Origin: Minisyncoccia bacterium
GTDB lineage: Bacteria > Patescibacteriota > Minisyncoccia > Phycocordibacterales > UBA918
Reading direction: 5' to 3'
NCBI GenBank assembly: GCA_041742075.1
Contig: JBGSJJ010000010.1
Location: 165 to 64,164, forward strand
Length of the DNA: 64,000 nt
Part shown: positions 28,236 to 39,000 of the stretch, one piece after another
How the letters are laid out: the number at the start of each line of letters is the position of its first letter
How positions within the stretch are numbered: position 1 is the first letter of the stretch
The notes under the pieces: generated by a model
What the model was told of the DNA's origin: nothing
The model's database searches: none
Seen by the model: the letters and a program-made list of their open reading frames with translations, nothing else
Translations under genes and position numbers: made by a program

Positions 28236-29078
28236 TTAGAGTCTATAGAGTTTTTGGGCATTCAGTCGAAGTTCCGTGGCAACTTCCTCCAGCGGAAGTT
28301 TTTTAATGGAGGCTATCTTTTTTACCACCTCCATGACGTGCCATGGCTCAGCGCGAGTCCCCCGGTATGGTACTGGGGCCACGTACGGACAATCAGTCTC
28401 GGCGTGCATCAGGTCAAGCGGGATAGCCTTCACTAACTCTTCATACATCTTCGCAAAGGTAATCACGCCGGTAAAAGATACGGTACAGCCAATATCGAAA
28501 AATTTCTTCGCTTGCTCGTATGTACCGGCGTAAAAGTGAATATTGGCTGGAACTTTCGCATTAGCTTTTAAAACGGTATACACATCATCATACGCATCCA
28601 CCCCCGCTACTACTTCTTTGGCATTGCGGGTATGAATCATGAGGGGTAGCCCAAGCTCATTGGCAAGTTCAATTTGCGCAACAAACGCCATTTCTTGAAT
28701 GTCTCTTGTCGAGGCATCATGATGAAAGTAATCAAAACCGCACTCACCAATCCCAATTACTTTTTTACTAGTGGCTAGTTGGCGGTAGAAATCCGGGTTA
28801 AATACTTCACCGCGCGAGGTAAAAGGTTGTGCGCCCTCGCCTACTTCGTCCTCATCATGGATACCGGGTGCGGTTTGGATTGGGTGTAAGCCAACAATCG
28901 CATACATGTTTGCGTGGGTTTCAGCTATTTCTACCGCTCGCTTGCTCGTCGATTCTTTCGTGCCGACATTAGTGACCGCGACACTTTCTTCCGCACAACG
29001 ACTCACAACAGAAGCCAGGTCGTCATTGAAGGCTTGGAGGTTTAAATGCGCATGAGTATCAATCCATTTCATGAACAT
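28236..29078 (-). CDS. tatD: TatD-family DNase
   Basis: IDTHAHL, GLHP, IGECGFDY, IHTR, ETDCPY. Confidence 0.93.
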   Translation of the reverse strand: MFMKWIDTHAHLNLQAFNDDLASVVSRCAEESVAVTNVGTKESTSKRAVEIAETHANMYAIVGLHPIQTAPGIHDEDEVGEGAQPFTSRGEVFNPDFYRQLATSKKVIGIGECGFDYFHHDASTRDIQEMAFVAQIELANELGLPLMIHTRNAKEVVAGVDAYDDVYTVLKANAKVPANIHFYAGTYEQAKKFFDIGCTVSFTGVITFAKMYEELVKAIPLDLMHAETDCPYVAPVPYRGTRAEPWHVMEVVKKIASIKKLPLEEVATELRLNAQKLYRL

Positions 29079-29088
29079 ATAGTACCAC

Positions 29089-29120
29089 ATCAAACCTTTC
29101 ATTCGAATGAAAGGTTTGAT
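29089..29120. repeat. 32-bp perfect palindrome (left flank of TrpR-like gene)
   Basis: atcaaacctttcattcgaatgaaaggtttgat. Confidence 0.9.
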
Positions 29121-29131
29121 ATTGTTTTAAT

Positions 29132-29539
29132 ATGGTTCGTCTCAACAAAAATTTATTATCTACAAATCAACTTGAGGAATTATTTATACAGTTCACACAT
29201 GTTGCGCACACTAAGTCAGCTCTAGAAACTGGTTTGATTTTACAAGAAGTCCTAGGAAAAGAAGAGCGTGTCATGGTTGCAAAGCGTATTGCGATAATAG
29301 TCCTCATTGCTGAAGGAAGATCTCTCTACAATATTGCGAATGTTCTCAAAGTCAGTCCAGCTACAGCTGAAAAAATCAAAAAGAATTTAGATTCTGGAAG
29401 TTATGATTCTATTCTAAAGAAATTAGGTAAATCTAAAAAAAGCTACTTCGAAATACTAAACACCATTGACTCCATTCTTCATCTTGGGGGAATACTACCT
29501 CACTACAATGGTCTAGAACGCTACAAAGGAGTCCGCTAA
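29132..29539 (+). CDS. TrpR/YerC-YecD-like HTH protein
   Basis: LGKEERVMVAKRIAI...SLYNIANVLKVSPAT. Confidence 0.75.
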   Translation: MVRLNKNLLSTNQLEELFIQFTHVAHTKSALETGLILQEVLGKEERVMVAKRIAIIVLIAEGRSLYNIANVLKVSPATAEKIKKNLDSGSYDSILKKLGKSKKSYFEILNTIDSILHLGGILPHYNGLERYKGVR

Positions 29540-29565
29540 AACCTTTCATTCGAATGAAAGGTTTT
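29538..29565. repeat. 28-bp perfect palindrome (right flank; same 26-bp core)
   Basis: aaaacctttcattcgaatgaaaggtttt. Confidence 0.9.
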
Positions 29566-29655
29566 GGTTATGATTTTGCATTGATTTTTTATCATGTGCT
29601 TATTATAAAAATTGGTCGACGCTAAAGCGTCGACCGTTGCTCCTTAAATAATATG

Positions 29656-30057
29656 TTATACAAAATGAACGACGATGCCTTCACTGCAAAGACGAGTATA
29701 AAAATCATCAAGTTGCGTAAAGGGGCTGAATTGGTGCCAATCTTCAACTTCGATAATCCCCTCGGCACTTGTATCCTCTTCCGGACACCACTCATACTCT
29801 AAGTCGAGCGCAGCGTGAAGTGGGACGAAGACTTCTTTTACAAAAGTTTTTTTTAAGATACTGATTGCTTGTTCATCCGTATCAAATTCGTCTCGGGCGC
29901 AAAACCCCGAAAGAGGCAGGTCATCTACCCCGCGGATTGTGTGCCGTTTACTATCTTCAATGAAGTAAATCAAACACCAATCCCGCGTGTGTCCGTGTAA
30001 GGACTCGGTGAACTTCACGATCACAATTTTGCCTTCAAGATCAGGTTCGTCTGACAT
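29656..30057 (-). CDS. Hypothetical protein
   Basis: Acidic 133-aa ORF with GAGG SD before ATG at 30057. Confidence 0.55.
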   Translation of the reverse strand: MSDEPDLEGKIVIVKFTESLHGHTRDWCLIYFIEDSKRHTIRGVDDLPLSGFCARDEFDTDEQAISILKKTFVKEVFVPLHAALDLEYEWCPEEDTSAEGIIEVEDWHQFSPFTQLDDFYTRLCSEGIVVHFV

Positions 30058-30119
30058 TTCAAGACCTCTTCCCCAGATGCACAAACTACATCTATCCTAC
30101 AACAAACACGCCGAGAAAA

Positions 30120-31559
30120 CTAGTCTAGGCGACCAAAGAGATTTTCCGGTTTTTTATTGGTACGAACAGCTTCTTTGATGATTGTGCTTGTGTCAGGCAT
30201 AAGTGGGCTAAGATGACGTCCAATCAGATACAGATCGCGCACTAATGCCCGTATCAGTTCTTTGGCTTTTTCAGGTTCCGTCTTAATCAGTTTAAATGGT
30301 TCAGTGGTGGCAATCTGTTCATCAAGCTCACCAACCTTTTTCCACACACTGTCGCACGCCGTTTGTAGGTTATACGAATCAAAGGCTTCAGAAAAGTCAG
30401 TCTCGAACTGCCCTGATTCTGAACATTCGATGGGTGTTTCAAGATGCGTCTCGGCCATCTTCATAATACGCGCAACAAGGTTACCTAAGCCATTTACTAA
30501 GTTAGCTGTATACCACTCATCCATCCGCTCCCAGGTTAGGTCGGTATCCTCAAAGGGGTGTACGTGTCGTAAAAGAATATAACGCGTAGCGTCAGTGCCG
30601 TAACGAGCAATCAGTTCGTACGGAGAAATAACGTTGCCCAGGGACTTGCTCATCTTCTGTCCACCCGAGTTTATAAAACCATGATAATTCACCTGCTTGG
30701 TAGCTAGGACATCAGCACTTTTGAGCATCGCCTGCCACATAATAGACTGAAAACGTACTTGGTCTTTTCCACCCAGCTGAAGGGTGTGTCCATCAACCCA
30801 AAATTTCTTAAAGGTACCCTGTACATCCTCTGGCCAACCGAGGGTACTAATGTAGTTTGTAAGCGCATCAAACCATACGTACATCACTTGATTGACATCC
30901 CCTGGCACTGGCACTCCCCAATTGAGGCGTGTGCGTTCACGCGAAATACTAAAGTCTTCAAGTCCATTTTTAACAAACTCCAGTGCCCAGGTTCGTTGCC
31001 AGGCAGGTAAGATAACTGACTCATCGCTCAAGTATTCCTCAAGATAGCTTTGGTACTTAGAAAGAGCGAAGAAATAATTCTCTTCCTCTATCACTTGCGG
31101 CTCCATAGTTGGGTGGTTCGGACAACGACCTGCAACTAAATCACTATCGCGGAGAAACATCTCATCCCCCACACAATAGAGCCCCTTATAGGATTTTTTA
31201 TAGATGTCTCCTTTATCCAAACATTTCTGCCAAATAGCTTGCGCGGCCTTTTTGTGGTCAGCGTCAGTTGTTCTGATAAACCGGTCATAAGAAAGGTTGA
31301 GTCCGTCTTGTAACTTTCCAAACTCAGACGCAAAGTGATCAACATACGCTTGTCGATCCTGTCCAGCCTCGTCAGCCTTACCAGCTATCTTCTGACCATG
31401 CTCATCGGTACCGGTGTTGAAAAATACCTCATGACCAATGAGACGCCAGTAGCGAGCCAGTGCGTCTGCTACTACCACCTCATAGGCAAAACCAACATGC
31501 GGGTCAGCGTTGACGTATGGCAGAGTGGTAGTGATATAGCGGGATTGTTTATTGATCAT
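30120..31559 (-). CDS. metG: Methionyl-tRNA synthetase (short form)
   Basis: YITTTLPYVNADPHVG, GTDEHGQKI, YVWFDAL, KMSKS. Confidence 0.97.
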   Translation of the reverse strand: MINKQSRYITTTLPYVNADPHVGFAYEVVVADALARYWRLIGHEVFFNTGTDEHGQKIAGKADEAGQDRQAYVDHFASEFGKLQDGLNLSYDRFIRTTDADHKKAAQAIWQKCLDKGDIYKKSYKGLYCVGDEMFLRDSDLVAGRCPNHPTMEPQVIEEENYFFALSKYQSYLEEYLSDESVILPAWQRTWALEFVKNGLEDFSISRERTRLNWGVPVPGDVNQVMYVWFDALTNYISTLGWPEDVQGTFKKFWVDGHTLQLGGKDQVRFQSIMWQAMLKSADVLATKQVNYHGFINSGGQKMSKSLGNVISPYELIARYGTDATRYILLRHVHPFEDTDLTWERMDEWYTANLVNGLGNLVARIMKMAETHLETPIECSESGQFETDFSEAFDSYNLQTACDSVWKKVGELDEQIATTEPFKLIKTEPEKAKELIRALVRDLYLIGRHLSPLMPDTSTIIKEAVRTNKKPENLFGRLD

Positions 31560-31721
31560 AATTTGATTTAAGCACATTGTACTATAGCAATAACACCGCC
31601 TTAGAGACAGGGCGAATTGCGAGACAGCTTCAATATAGCCCCAGCGCTCTTTATTTCATTCAACTCTAGCATATTTTTGCGTGGGTGGTATCGTAAATGA
31701 TGAAGGAGAAAGGAGGAGTTC

Positions 31722-32066
31722 ATGTCAAGAAAAGAGGTGTTGGAACAAGTACACAATTCAAGCATAGCCGAAGACGGCCTCGGTGTCGGCAGTATGATAA
31801 CCAAAATGAAGAAATATGGGCGTCTGATTGCAGTGCCACTTATCCTTCATAAAGGGCTTTATGCAGCCAATATCTGTCTCATTGAACACACCGACTTGGC
31901 GGGATGGTACAAGGTTCGCCTACTCAGCTTAGAAGAGTTCGATATGCTTCTTCGTACCGAGCGGATTAAAGAATCGTATACCAATGCACATTTACTGACA
32001 GAAGTTGCCCTCCTAAAAGGTTATTACAAGGTATTTCAAGCAGTACGGTTGGAAGCGAGCCACTAA
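31722..32066 (+). CDS. Hypothetical protein
   Basis: AGGAGG SD; 114-aa ORF; hairpin at its end. Confidence 0.55.
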   Translation: MSRKEVLEQVHNSSIAEDGLGVGSMITKMKKYGRLIAVPLILHKGLYAANICLIEHTDLAGWYKVRLLSLEEFDMLLRTERIKESYTNAHLLTEVALLKGYYKVFQAVRLEASH

Positions 32067-32083
32067 GTTTGGCTCGCTTTTTA

Positions 32084-33466
32084 TTATTTTAGCAAAATGG
32101 CCAAGGTGTCGATACGGACTCGTTCCTGAGTACCTGTATCACGGTGTCGGACCGTGACCGTATCAAGGAGTGCTGGATTTTCACCGAGCGTATCAAAGTC
32201 AATGACGATGCAGTACGGGGTACCAATTTCGTCTTGACGACGGTAGCGCTTACCAATGTTGCCGTTGTCGTCGAAGGCTACATTTCCAAACTCTTTCTTG
32301 AGTAGCGAAAATACCTCGCGCGCTTTGGCTACCAGCTCTGGTTTATTCTTGAGAAGTGGTGAGACACACACCCGGTACGGAGCGAGGTGGACAGGCAACT
32401 TCAAGTAGGTACGTACTTCCCCGCCCATTTCGTCTTCGGTGTACGCTTCGCAGAGAACTGCCGTCAGCGCTCGTCCAACGCCAAACGAAGGTTCGAGCAC
32501 ATGTGGAATGAAGCGAGTGCCATCTGATTCTATATACTCTAAGCTCACTCCACTGGCTTCCTGATGACTCTTGAGGTCATGGTCAGTGCGGTACGCAAAA
32601 CCGGCAAGCTCATCGAAACCCTTGCCCGGATAATTGTACTCAAAGTCTATTGTCCGCTTACTGTAGTGGGCAAGATCATTTTCTGGTACCTCGTATTCTT
32701 TGACGTTTTGTCGAGCTAAACCAAGGTGGTCAAACCAAGTCCACATGTCTTTTCGGAGTGACTCAAAATACGTTTCCCAATCTTCTTCTTTAACAAAGTA
32801 CTCAATTTCCATTTGTTCAAACTCTCGCACTCGAAACAGAAACTCTCTTGGCGCTATTTCATTTCGAAACGCCTTACCAATCTGAGCTATGCCAAATGGC
32901 ATTTTTGGGCTCATGGAATCGACAACATTTTTGAAGTTCACAAAAATACCCTGTGCTGTCTCAGGTCGAAGGTACACTTTTCCATCAGGACCCGAAGTGG
33001 CACCAATAGTTGTCTCAAACATCATATTGAACTGCCGAGCCTTACTTAAAGGATTACCTTTCGGACTCTTAATACCATTTTCAGAAATGAGCGTGTCGAT
33101 TGCTTCCGGCGTAAGACCTTCAGCCGATATTCCAGCGTCTTTAAGAAGATGGTCGGCTCGAAAGCGTTCACCGGTTTCCGTATCTTCAACGAGTGGGTCA
33201 CAAAAACCAGCGCCAGTATGGCCAGAGGCTTCCCATACTTTTGCGTTCATTAAAATGGCGGCATTGAGGCCATACATGTCTTCCCTGTCGCTCACAAACA
33301 TTTTCCACCACTCACTCTTTATTTTGTCATTGAGGGCCGTACCAAGTGGACCTAAGTCCCAGGTACCTTTAAGGCCACCATATATATCACTACCTTGAAA
33401 CACAAAACCACGTCGCTTACACAGCGATACTACTTTCTCCATCACGTCAGGATTTTTTTCTGTCAT
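32084..33466 (-). CDS. glyQS: Glycyl-tRNA synthetase (alpha2 type)
   Basis: CKRRGF, YLRPETAQGIF, FRVREFEQME, IGKRYRRQDEIGTP. Confidence 0.97.
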   Translation of the reverse strand: MTEKNPDVMEKVVSLCKRRGFVFQGSDIYGGLKGTWDLGPLGTALNDKIKSEWWKMFVSDREDMYGLNAAILMNAKVWEASGHTGAGFCDPLVEDTETGERFRADHLLKDAGISAEGLTPEAIDTLISENGIKSPKGNPLSKARQFNMMFETTIGATSGPDGKVYLRPETAQGIFVNFKNVVDSMSPKMPFGIAQIGKAFRNEIAPREFLFRVREFEQMEIEYFVKEEDWETYFESLRKDMWTWFDHLGLARQNVKEYEVPENDLAHYSKRTIDFEYNYPGKGFDELAGFAYRTDHDLKSHQEASGVSLEYIESDGTRFIPHVLEPSFGVGRALTAVLCEAYTEDEMGGEVRTYLKLPVHLAPYRVCVSPLLKNKPELVAKAREVFSLLKKEFGNVAFDDNGNIGKRYRRQDEIGTPYCIVIDFDTLGENPALLDTVTVRHRDTGTQERVRIDTLAILLK

Positions 33467-33477
33467 ACAATCGTGAA

Positions 33478-35433
33478 TTATTCTTCAGCAACCACTTCTC
33501 CATTTTTTTCACCGAACCCAGCTTCAGCCGAAAGCGTCGTTGTGCGCTCACTAGCTACCGCCTGGACTGGCTTACCAGTAAACACATCAGTAGCTTGCAG
33601 GGTCTGGCGACTAAACAATACTGGTGTTGTACCAATTTGTGACACGCTTGGCAATATCGATACCTGGAAAGTAGCAGTTGCGTCTGTGTTGGCGCCAACT
33701 TCTCCCGGGGTCCAGGTTACTTGCTTGTTGGTTTGATTATATTCAAACTTACCATCACCAGAGGTTTTGTTTAGCCAGTTTACGTAAATTGGCAAATTCC
33801 CTATCACTCTCGTGGCGCGGATGTCATTTGTTTCATTATCAATACGGAGGGCAATGGTATACGTGGTCGTCTCGCCAACTTGTGGTGGTACCGGTCCAGT
33901 ATCTACCAAACCTTGTGTCTTTCGTTCAACGGCAGACACTAGACTCGTGACTCCGCCTACTCGAGCTGTTCGCTCTACGCTACCGAGTAGTTCTTCTGCC
34001 ACATTTGCTTCAGATACTCTTCTGGCAAAGACGTCAACTTTCACGTCAACAAAAGGATTTTTGAGAATGGCCGAATTGGGAAGAATATCGAACGAGAGAG
34101 TGATGTCATCACCCGGCTTTATTTCGGAAAATCGATTCATGTTCGCGACGTCCCATACCATGCGGTCAGCTTGTGACTCAAAGAAACCACTACCTCGTAT
34201 ACCTGAGTCTAAAAATGCATTACCTGAGAAGGTTGCAACCGCCCGCATGTCGTAGACTGAATCAGTAAGCGTGTTCCTTACATTTATTTTTCCAGAGACA
34301 TCAAGATCTCGACTAACACTAACTGTCCGGTCAGGCGATGAATTGAGTCTAACGTCGATGTCGATAAACGACGGCTCGATAGCAAACTCAGTGGCAGCGT
34401 TTGCAAACACTGAAGCGAAGGTATTTTTATCTCGATCATTTGGGATTCCAGCACTAAAGTTCATCACGTAGGTGTCATTATCTTGGCCGTCAATAACTCC
34501 GGTAATCGTAATGGTGTGACTAGAGCCTGGTTCAACGTTAGGAATCATCCAGGTATTGTTTCCGTCACTTGTTTCTGGAGTAGACCGCTTAAACTGAAAA
34601 CCAACTGGATATTCGGCTTTTACCAACACCTCGGAAACAGGTGACAAAGAGTTAGAGACCACGGTTAACGTGAGGCTTGTTTCTTGGCCTGAGGAAATAC
34701 TCTTCACTCCATCTACTTTAAAGGAAATCGGGGCAGAACTAATTCTAAAGGACTGCGGGTCAGCTTCTTTAAAGAAGCGCGCACCTGAACCTTGTACTTG
34801 GTACTCAATCGAAGCTTTGATTATTTTCTCCTCATTCTCTTCACCAAAGACAGCAATTTTAAGGGGCATATTGAGTGTCTCACCTGCCTTAATGGTTTCA
34901 AGCGGAATTCGTTCGGTAAACAGGTCACGCTTTTCATCGTCAGCTGACTTCGTACCGAGTGGGTATTCGATAATCAAGGTGGCTGACTCCATCGGGACAC
35001 TGTTGTCGTTCCGGACACCAACCTGAATCGGGAGTTCTTCACCACCACCAATCGTAAACGGAATGGTGAGGACAAGTGAAATGTTGTCACCAGAGATGCT
35101 GTTTCTTCCAAACACCAAAAAGAAACTCGACACGACCATAGCTAAGCCAAAAAATGCTACTCCGAGGAGCGCCAACTTCAATCGATAACCTCTTTTTTTT
35201 GGACCTTTCATAGAAAGCGTAGCTAGTGAAGGAGCATAGGTTTCAGGAACAATCTCAGCAATCGGAATTTCGTTGGCTGACTCTGATTCAGGAACAACAT
35301 GCCAGTCTGTCGGGACAGATTTATTTTCTTCTTGCTTTAGCTCGTGGTGCACATTACCGATACCAGAAGTACCACGTTGGTACAAACGATTGCGAAGCGC
35401 TTCTATGTTGTCAGAGTCTTTTATGCCACTCAT
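33478..35433 (-). CDS. Large membrane-anchored multi-Ig-like (DUF11-like) protein
   Basis: One TM then beta-rich repeats; TGPVPPQVGETTTYTI. Confidence 0.7.
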   Translation of the reverse strand: MSGIKDSDNIEALRNRLYQRGTSGIGNVHHELKQEENKSVPTDWHVVPESESANEIPIAEIVPETYAPSLATLSMKGPKKRGYRLKLALLGVAFFGLAMVVSSFFLVFGRNSISGDNISLVLTIPFTIGGGEELPIQVGVRNDNSVPMESATLIIEYPLGTKSADDEKRDLFTERIPLETIKAGETLNMPLKIAVFGEENEEKIIKASIEYQVQGSGARFFKEADPQSFRISSAPISFKVDGVKSISSGQETSLTLTVVSNSLSPVSEVLVKAEYPVGFQFKRSTPETSDGNNTWMIPNVEPGSSHTITITGVIDGQDNDTYVMNFSAGIPNDRDKNTFASVFANAATEFAIEPSFIDIDVRLNSSPDRTVSVSRDLDVSGKINVRNTLTDSVYDMRAVATFSGNAFLDSGIRGSGFFESQADRMVWDVANMNRFSEIKPGDDITLSFDILPNSAILKNPFVDVKVDVFARRVSEANVAEELLGSVERTARVGGVTSLVSAVERKTQGLVDTGPVPPQVGETTTYTIALRIDNETNDIRATRVIGNLPIYVNWLNKTSGDGKFEYNQTNKQVTWTPGEVGANTDATATFQVSILPSVSQIGTTPVLFSRQTLQATDVFTGKPVQAVASERTTTLSAEAGFGEKNGEVVAEE

Positions 35434-35455
35434 ACCACTATGGATTAAGTATACC

Positions 35456-36040
35456 TTATAAATGACTGGCCTCAGAAGCCGTCGCAGTGAGTTTAGTAAT
35501 GAGCGCAAGGTCTTTTACTGAGGCATATTCATAGGCTTCTTTTATGGTGTTAGCTTGAATAATAGCCTGGAGCAATTCATGTTCTGCAATATAGCCCAAT
35601 TCCATTAAGGCGCGAAAATCTAAAAGGGTGGTAACGGTACGAGCATCAACGTCTGGTTCAGCCAAAATGAGCGCACAGCATTCTTCTATATCTCGGTAGA
35701 GTCGAGGAAGAGCAGATTCTCCATGTACAAAGCGACGGAGCAATTTCACCACATGCACTACCGCTGTCCGACGTACTCTATCGGTACTGGCGAAAAATGG
35801 ATTCTGCATTGCTTCCACACTCCCCACCCGCCAACCGCTTTTTCCTTTTACGAGCGATACCCGTACAAAAGAAAAATCTTGCAGGGCATGTCTCTGCCTA
35901 CTGCGCTCTTCACGAACACTCCTAGCAGTTGCCCAGAGCATACCGGCTTCTTTCGTAAAAAGCAGAAACGACTTGTCGGAAGTGTTATTCGGACGACTGC
36001 CACACACGAGTGCTTCAGTTGTATAGATTGCGTATGACAT
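35456..36040 (-). CDS. recO: DNA repair protein RecO (short CPR form)
   Basis: YTTEALV...LFTKEAGML.A.ARSVREERSR...LQDF OB-fold. Confidence 0.75.
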   Translation of the reverse strand: MSYAIYTTEALVCGSRPNNTSDKSFLLFTKEAGMLWATARSVREERSRQRHALQDFSFVRVSLVKGKSGWRVGSVEAMQNPFFASTDRVRRTAVVHVVKLLRRFVHGESALPRLYRDIEECCALILAEPDVDARTVTTLLDFRALMELGYIAEHELLQAIIQANTIKEAYEYASVKDLALITKLTATASEASHL

Positions 36041-36064
36041 GAGAATTACTTCCAGGCCTAGACG

Positions 36065-39000
36065 TTATTTTTTGGAGATGGCAATTGTAAATGAGTGTTC
36101 ACCCGCTAGGACTTCACTACCCGAGGTACTTTGAAACACCACATCGTCAGCACCAACTACTTTTTGGATTTCTGCTTTAAACTGGGTTATGAGTGATTCC
36201 CCACCTTCACTAGTTTGTACTGCCAGTACTATTCTGTCTTGTGGCTCCAGGCCAGCTGTCTTACGCGCCTCTTGAATAGCACGAATAAACTCACGAACAT
36301 CGCCTTCGTCTTTGAGCTCTGGGGTAATGGTCGTGTCTATTTCAACCATGTTGTGATCATCACCACGATAAGCAATTCCTTTTACATTGACCTCGCTCAT
36401 GATTATTTCTTCAAACAGTGGGTCAAACGGCGTCGCGACCGGTATCGTAATTTTAAGAAGTGGTTGCCTGACTTTTATGTTGGCTTTGGTACGAGCTTCA
36501 AGCGCACTTGAAACAGTAGTCCGCACTTCTTTCATGTGCATGAGGAGTTCAGAATCAATTAGACCGCCCTCTGGCCACGCCGAAAGGTGAACACTCTCTG
36601 CTTCATTCTCATCCTTTACTCTTTGCCAAAGGTACTCCGCATAAAACGGCATAGCCGGAGCCATCACGAGCGCAAGCTCTTTGAGCACAAAGCGAAGGGT
36701 GGCAAGAGCACGCGCTTTGTCTCCGGCGTCGTCAGACTTAACACGGTCGCGACTACGGCGCAGATACCAAACCGAGAGATCGTCGATGAAATCAGCAATT
36801 GGCCTGGTGGCTTTATCAAGTTCGTAATTTTGGTAACCAGCTGTAGACTCAGCGATGAGTTGGTAAAGGCGAGTGATAATCCACCTATCGAGTACGTTGT
36901 TCGAAGTAGCACTTGCTTTTGTGCCGTCCATGAACAACTCATACATAGCGAGCACGTTGTGCAGTCTACCGATATTTTTTCGTTGCAGTTCAAGGACTTC
37001 TTTCTCAGAAAAATTGAGGTCTTCACCGCGGATGATTGGTGAGGAGAGGAGGTAGTACCTCATGGCGTCAACCCCCACCCGGTCAGCAAGCTCCATCGGG
37101 TCGGGATAGTTCTTAAGTGACTTGCTCATTTTTTTGCCGTCTTCAGCTAACACCAACCCGTTGGTGATGACGTTCTTAAATGGTGCTCTGTCGAACAGAC
37201 CAACACCAAGCACCATCATGGAGTAGAACCAGCCGCGGGTTTGATCAACACTTTCTGAGATAAAGTTCGCGGGAAATCGAACTCCCTTAGCCGGGTTCGC
37301 TACTTCAAGATTTTCAAACGGATAGTGTGTCTCCGCGTACGGCATTGAGCCTGATTCAAACCAACAATCAAACACGTCGGGCACGCGTTCTAGCTTTGTG
37401 CCATCTGTATCGAAGAGTTCGATGTCGTCGATGTACGGTCGATGGTAATCGAGTTCAAAGTAATCATTATGAGGTACTGGCACAAACGGCAGTGGTCGCA
37501 CTTCAGCGTTTTTGAGGTAGCCGGCTTCTTTGAGCGCTACTGTCCGCACCATATCAGCACCCTCAGCCACACACTGCAGTCCGAAAACGGAGCTACCGTG
37601 ACCAATTAAGAGCGTGGTTTCGTTTTGGTGTGTAGCGTCATAGGTATAGAGAAAATCTCCCACGCGTTTTATTAGGTCACGGCGTAATTCCACACCGGGC
37701 AAGTGCTTAGTGAACTTCTCGGCCTCAGTCGCAAAGTTGGCGTTAAACTCAGCCCACGTCTTTCCTTCCCAAGTAGGGCCCACTTGAAACTCAATAATGC
37801 GCGCATCTTCAACAATCGCTTCAGCAGGCAAGCCGAGCTTACTCGCAACGAACTCCGCAGTCTCCCGACCTCGTTGTAATCCAGAATGGACAATTTTCGT
37901 TATTCCCTCATTTTTGAGTGTCTCTGCAATTGCTTCCGCCTGCTCCCGACCTTTTTCTGTCAAACCGTTTTCTGTACCTACTATCGAGTTTATCGCCCCA
38001 GTTAAGTTACTTTGTGCTTCGGCGTGTCGCGCGACGAAGTAGCGGTTATTTCGCTTTGGCAAATTCGCTTGTAACTCGGTCAATGAACCAAACACCTTAT
38101 ACTCACCAGTAGTTGGATTTTTCCAAATCGGAAGTGGTGCGCCCCAGTACCGTTGACGACTGACCGCCCAGTCACGTGCACCTTCAAGCCATTTTCCAAA
38201 ACGGTTACTGCCGACATGTTCGGGTACCCATGTCACTATATCGTTTTCTGCAACGAGTTTGTCTTTAAAGTCTGTTACGCGCACAAACCAAGAGGTAGTC
38301 GCGTAATTCAAAAGCGGTGTATCACAGCGCCAACAGTGAGGGTAGCTGTGTGTTATATTTTCCTTTTTGAATACTTTCCCGGCGTCTTGTAGTTTCTTCA
38401 AGACTTCAATGTCTGCATCAAGGTGCGAAACACCGGAGGACTCATCGTCCTTTGGCTTTACCAGACGGCAATTGAAGCCTTCGACAAATTCCAAAAAATG
38501 ACCGGAGTTATCGACGTGGTGCTTAATCGGCACATTGTTGGCCTGAGCCAGCTTCATGTCATCGTCACCATAGGCTGGCGCAATATGCACCGCTCCCGTT
38601 CCCTCAGAACCTAGCTCAACATAGTCTGCATGATAAATTTTCCAAGCATTTTCTTTACCTTCAAACTCCTGCTTTGTAAGGTACTCGAATGGTGGTTGAT
38701 AAGATTTGCCCACCAAATCGGCACCCATAATAGTTTCCAGTACCTCATGACTTTCATCACCTAAAAAAGCTAACCGCTCTTTGGCAATCACGAGCACCTC
38801 ATTTCCTACTTGGACTTTTACATACTCAAAATCATTATGGACGGCAGCCGCAAAGTTGCCTGGGAGTGTCCACGGTGTCGTTGTCCACACCAGCAGTGCG
38901 GTATTGGTAGCATTCCCTGACTCATCAAGCAGGGGTAGCTTTATCGTTACCGCTATATCCTTAATATCTTTGTACCCTTGGTTTACCTCAAAGTTTGACA

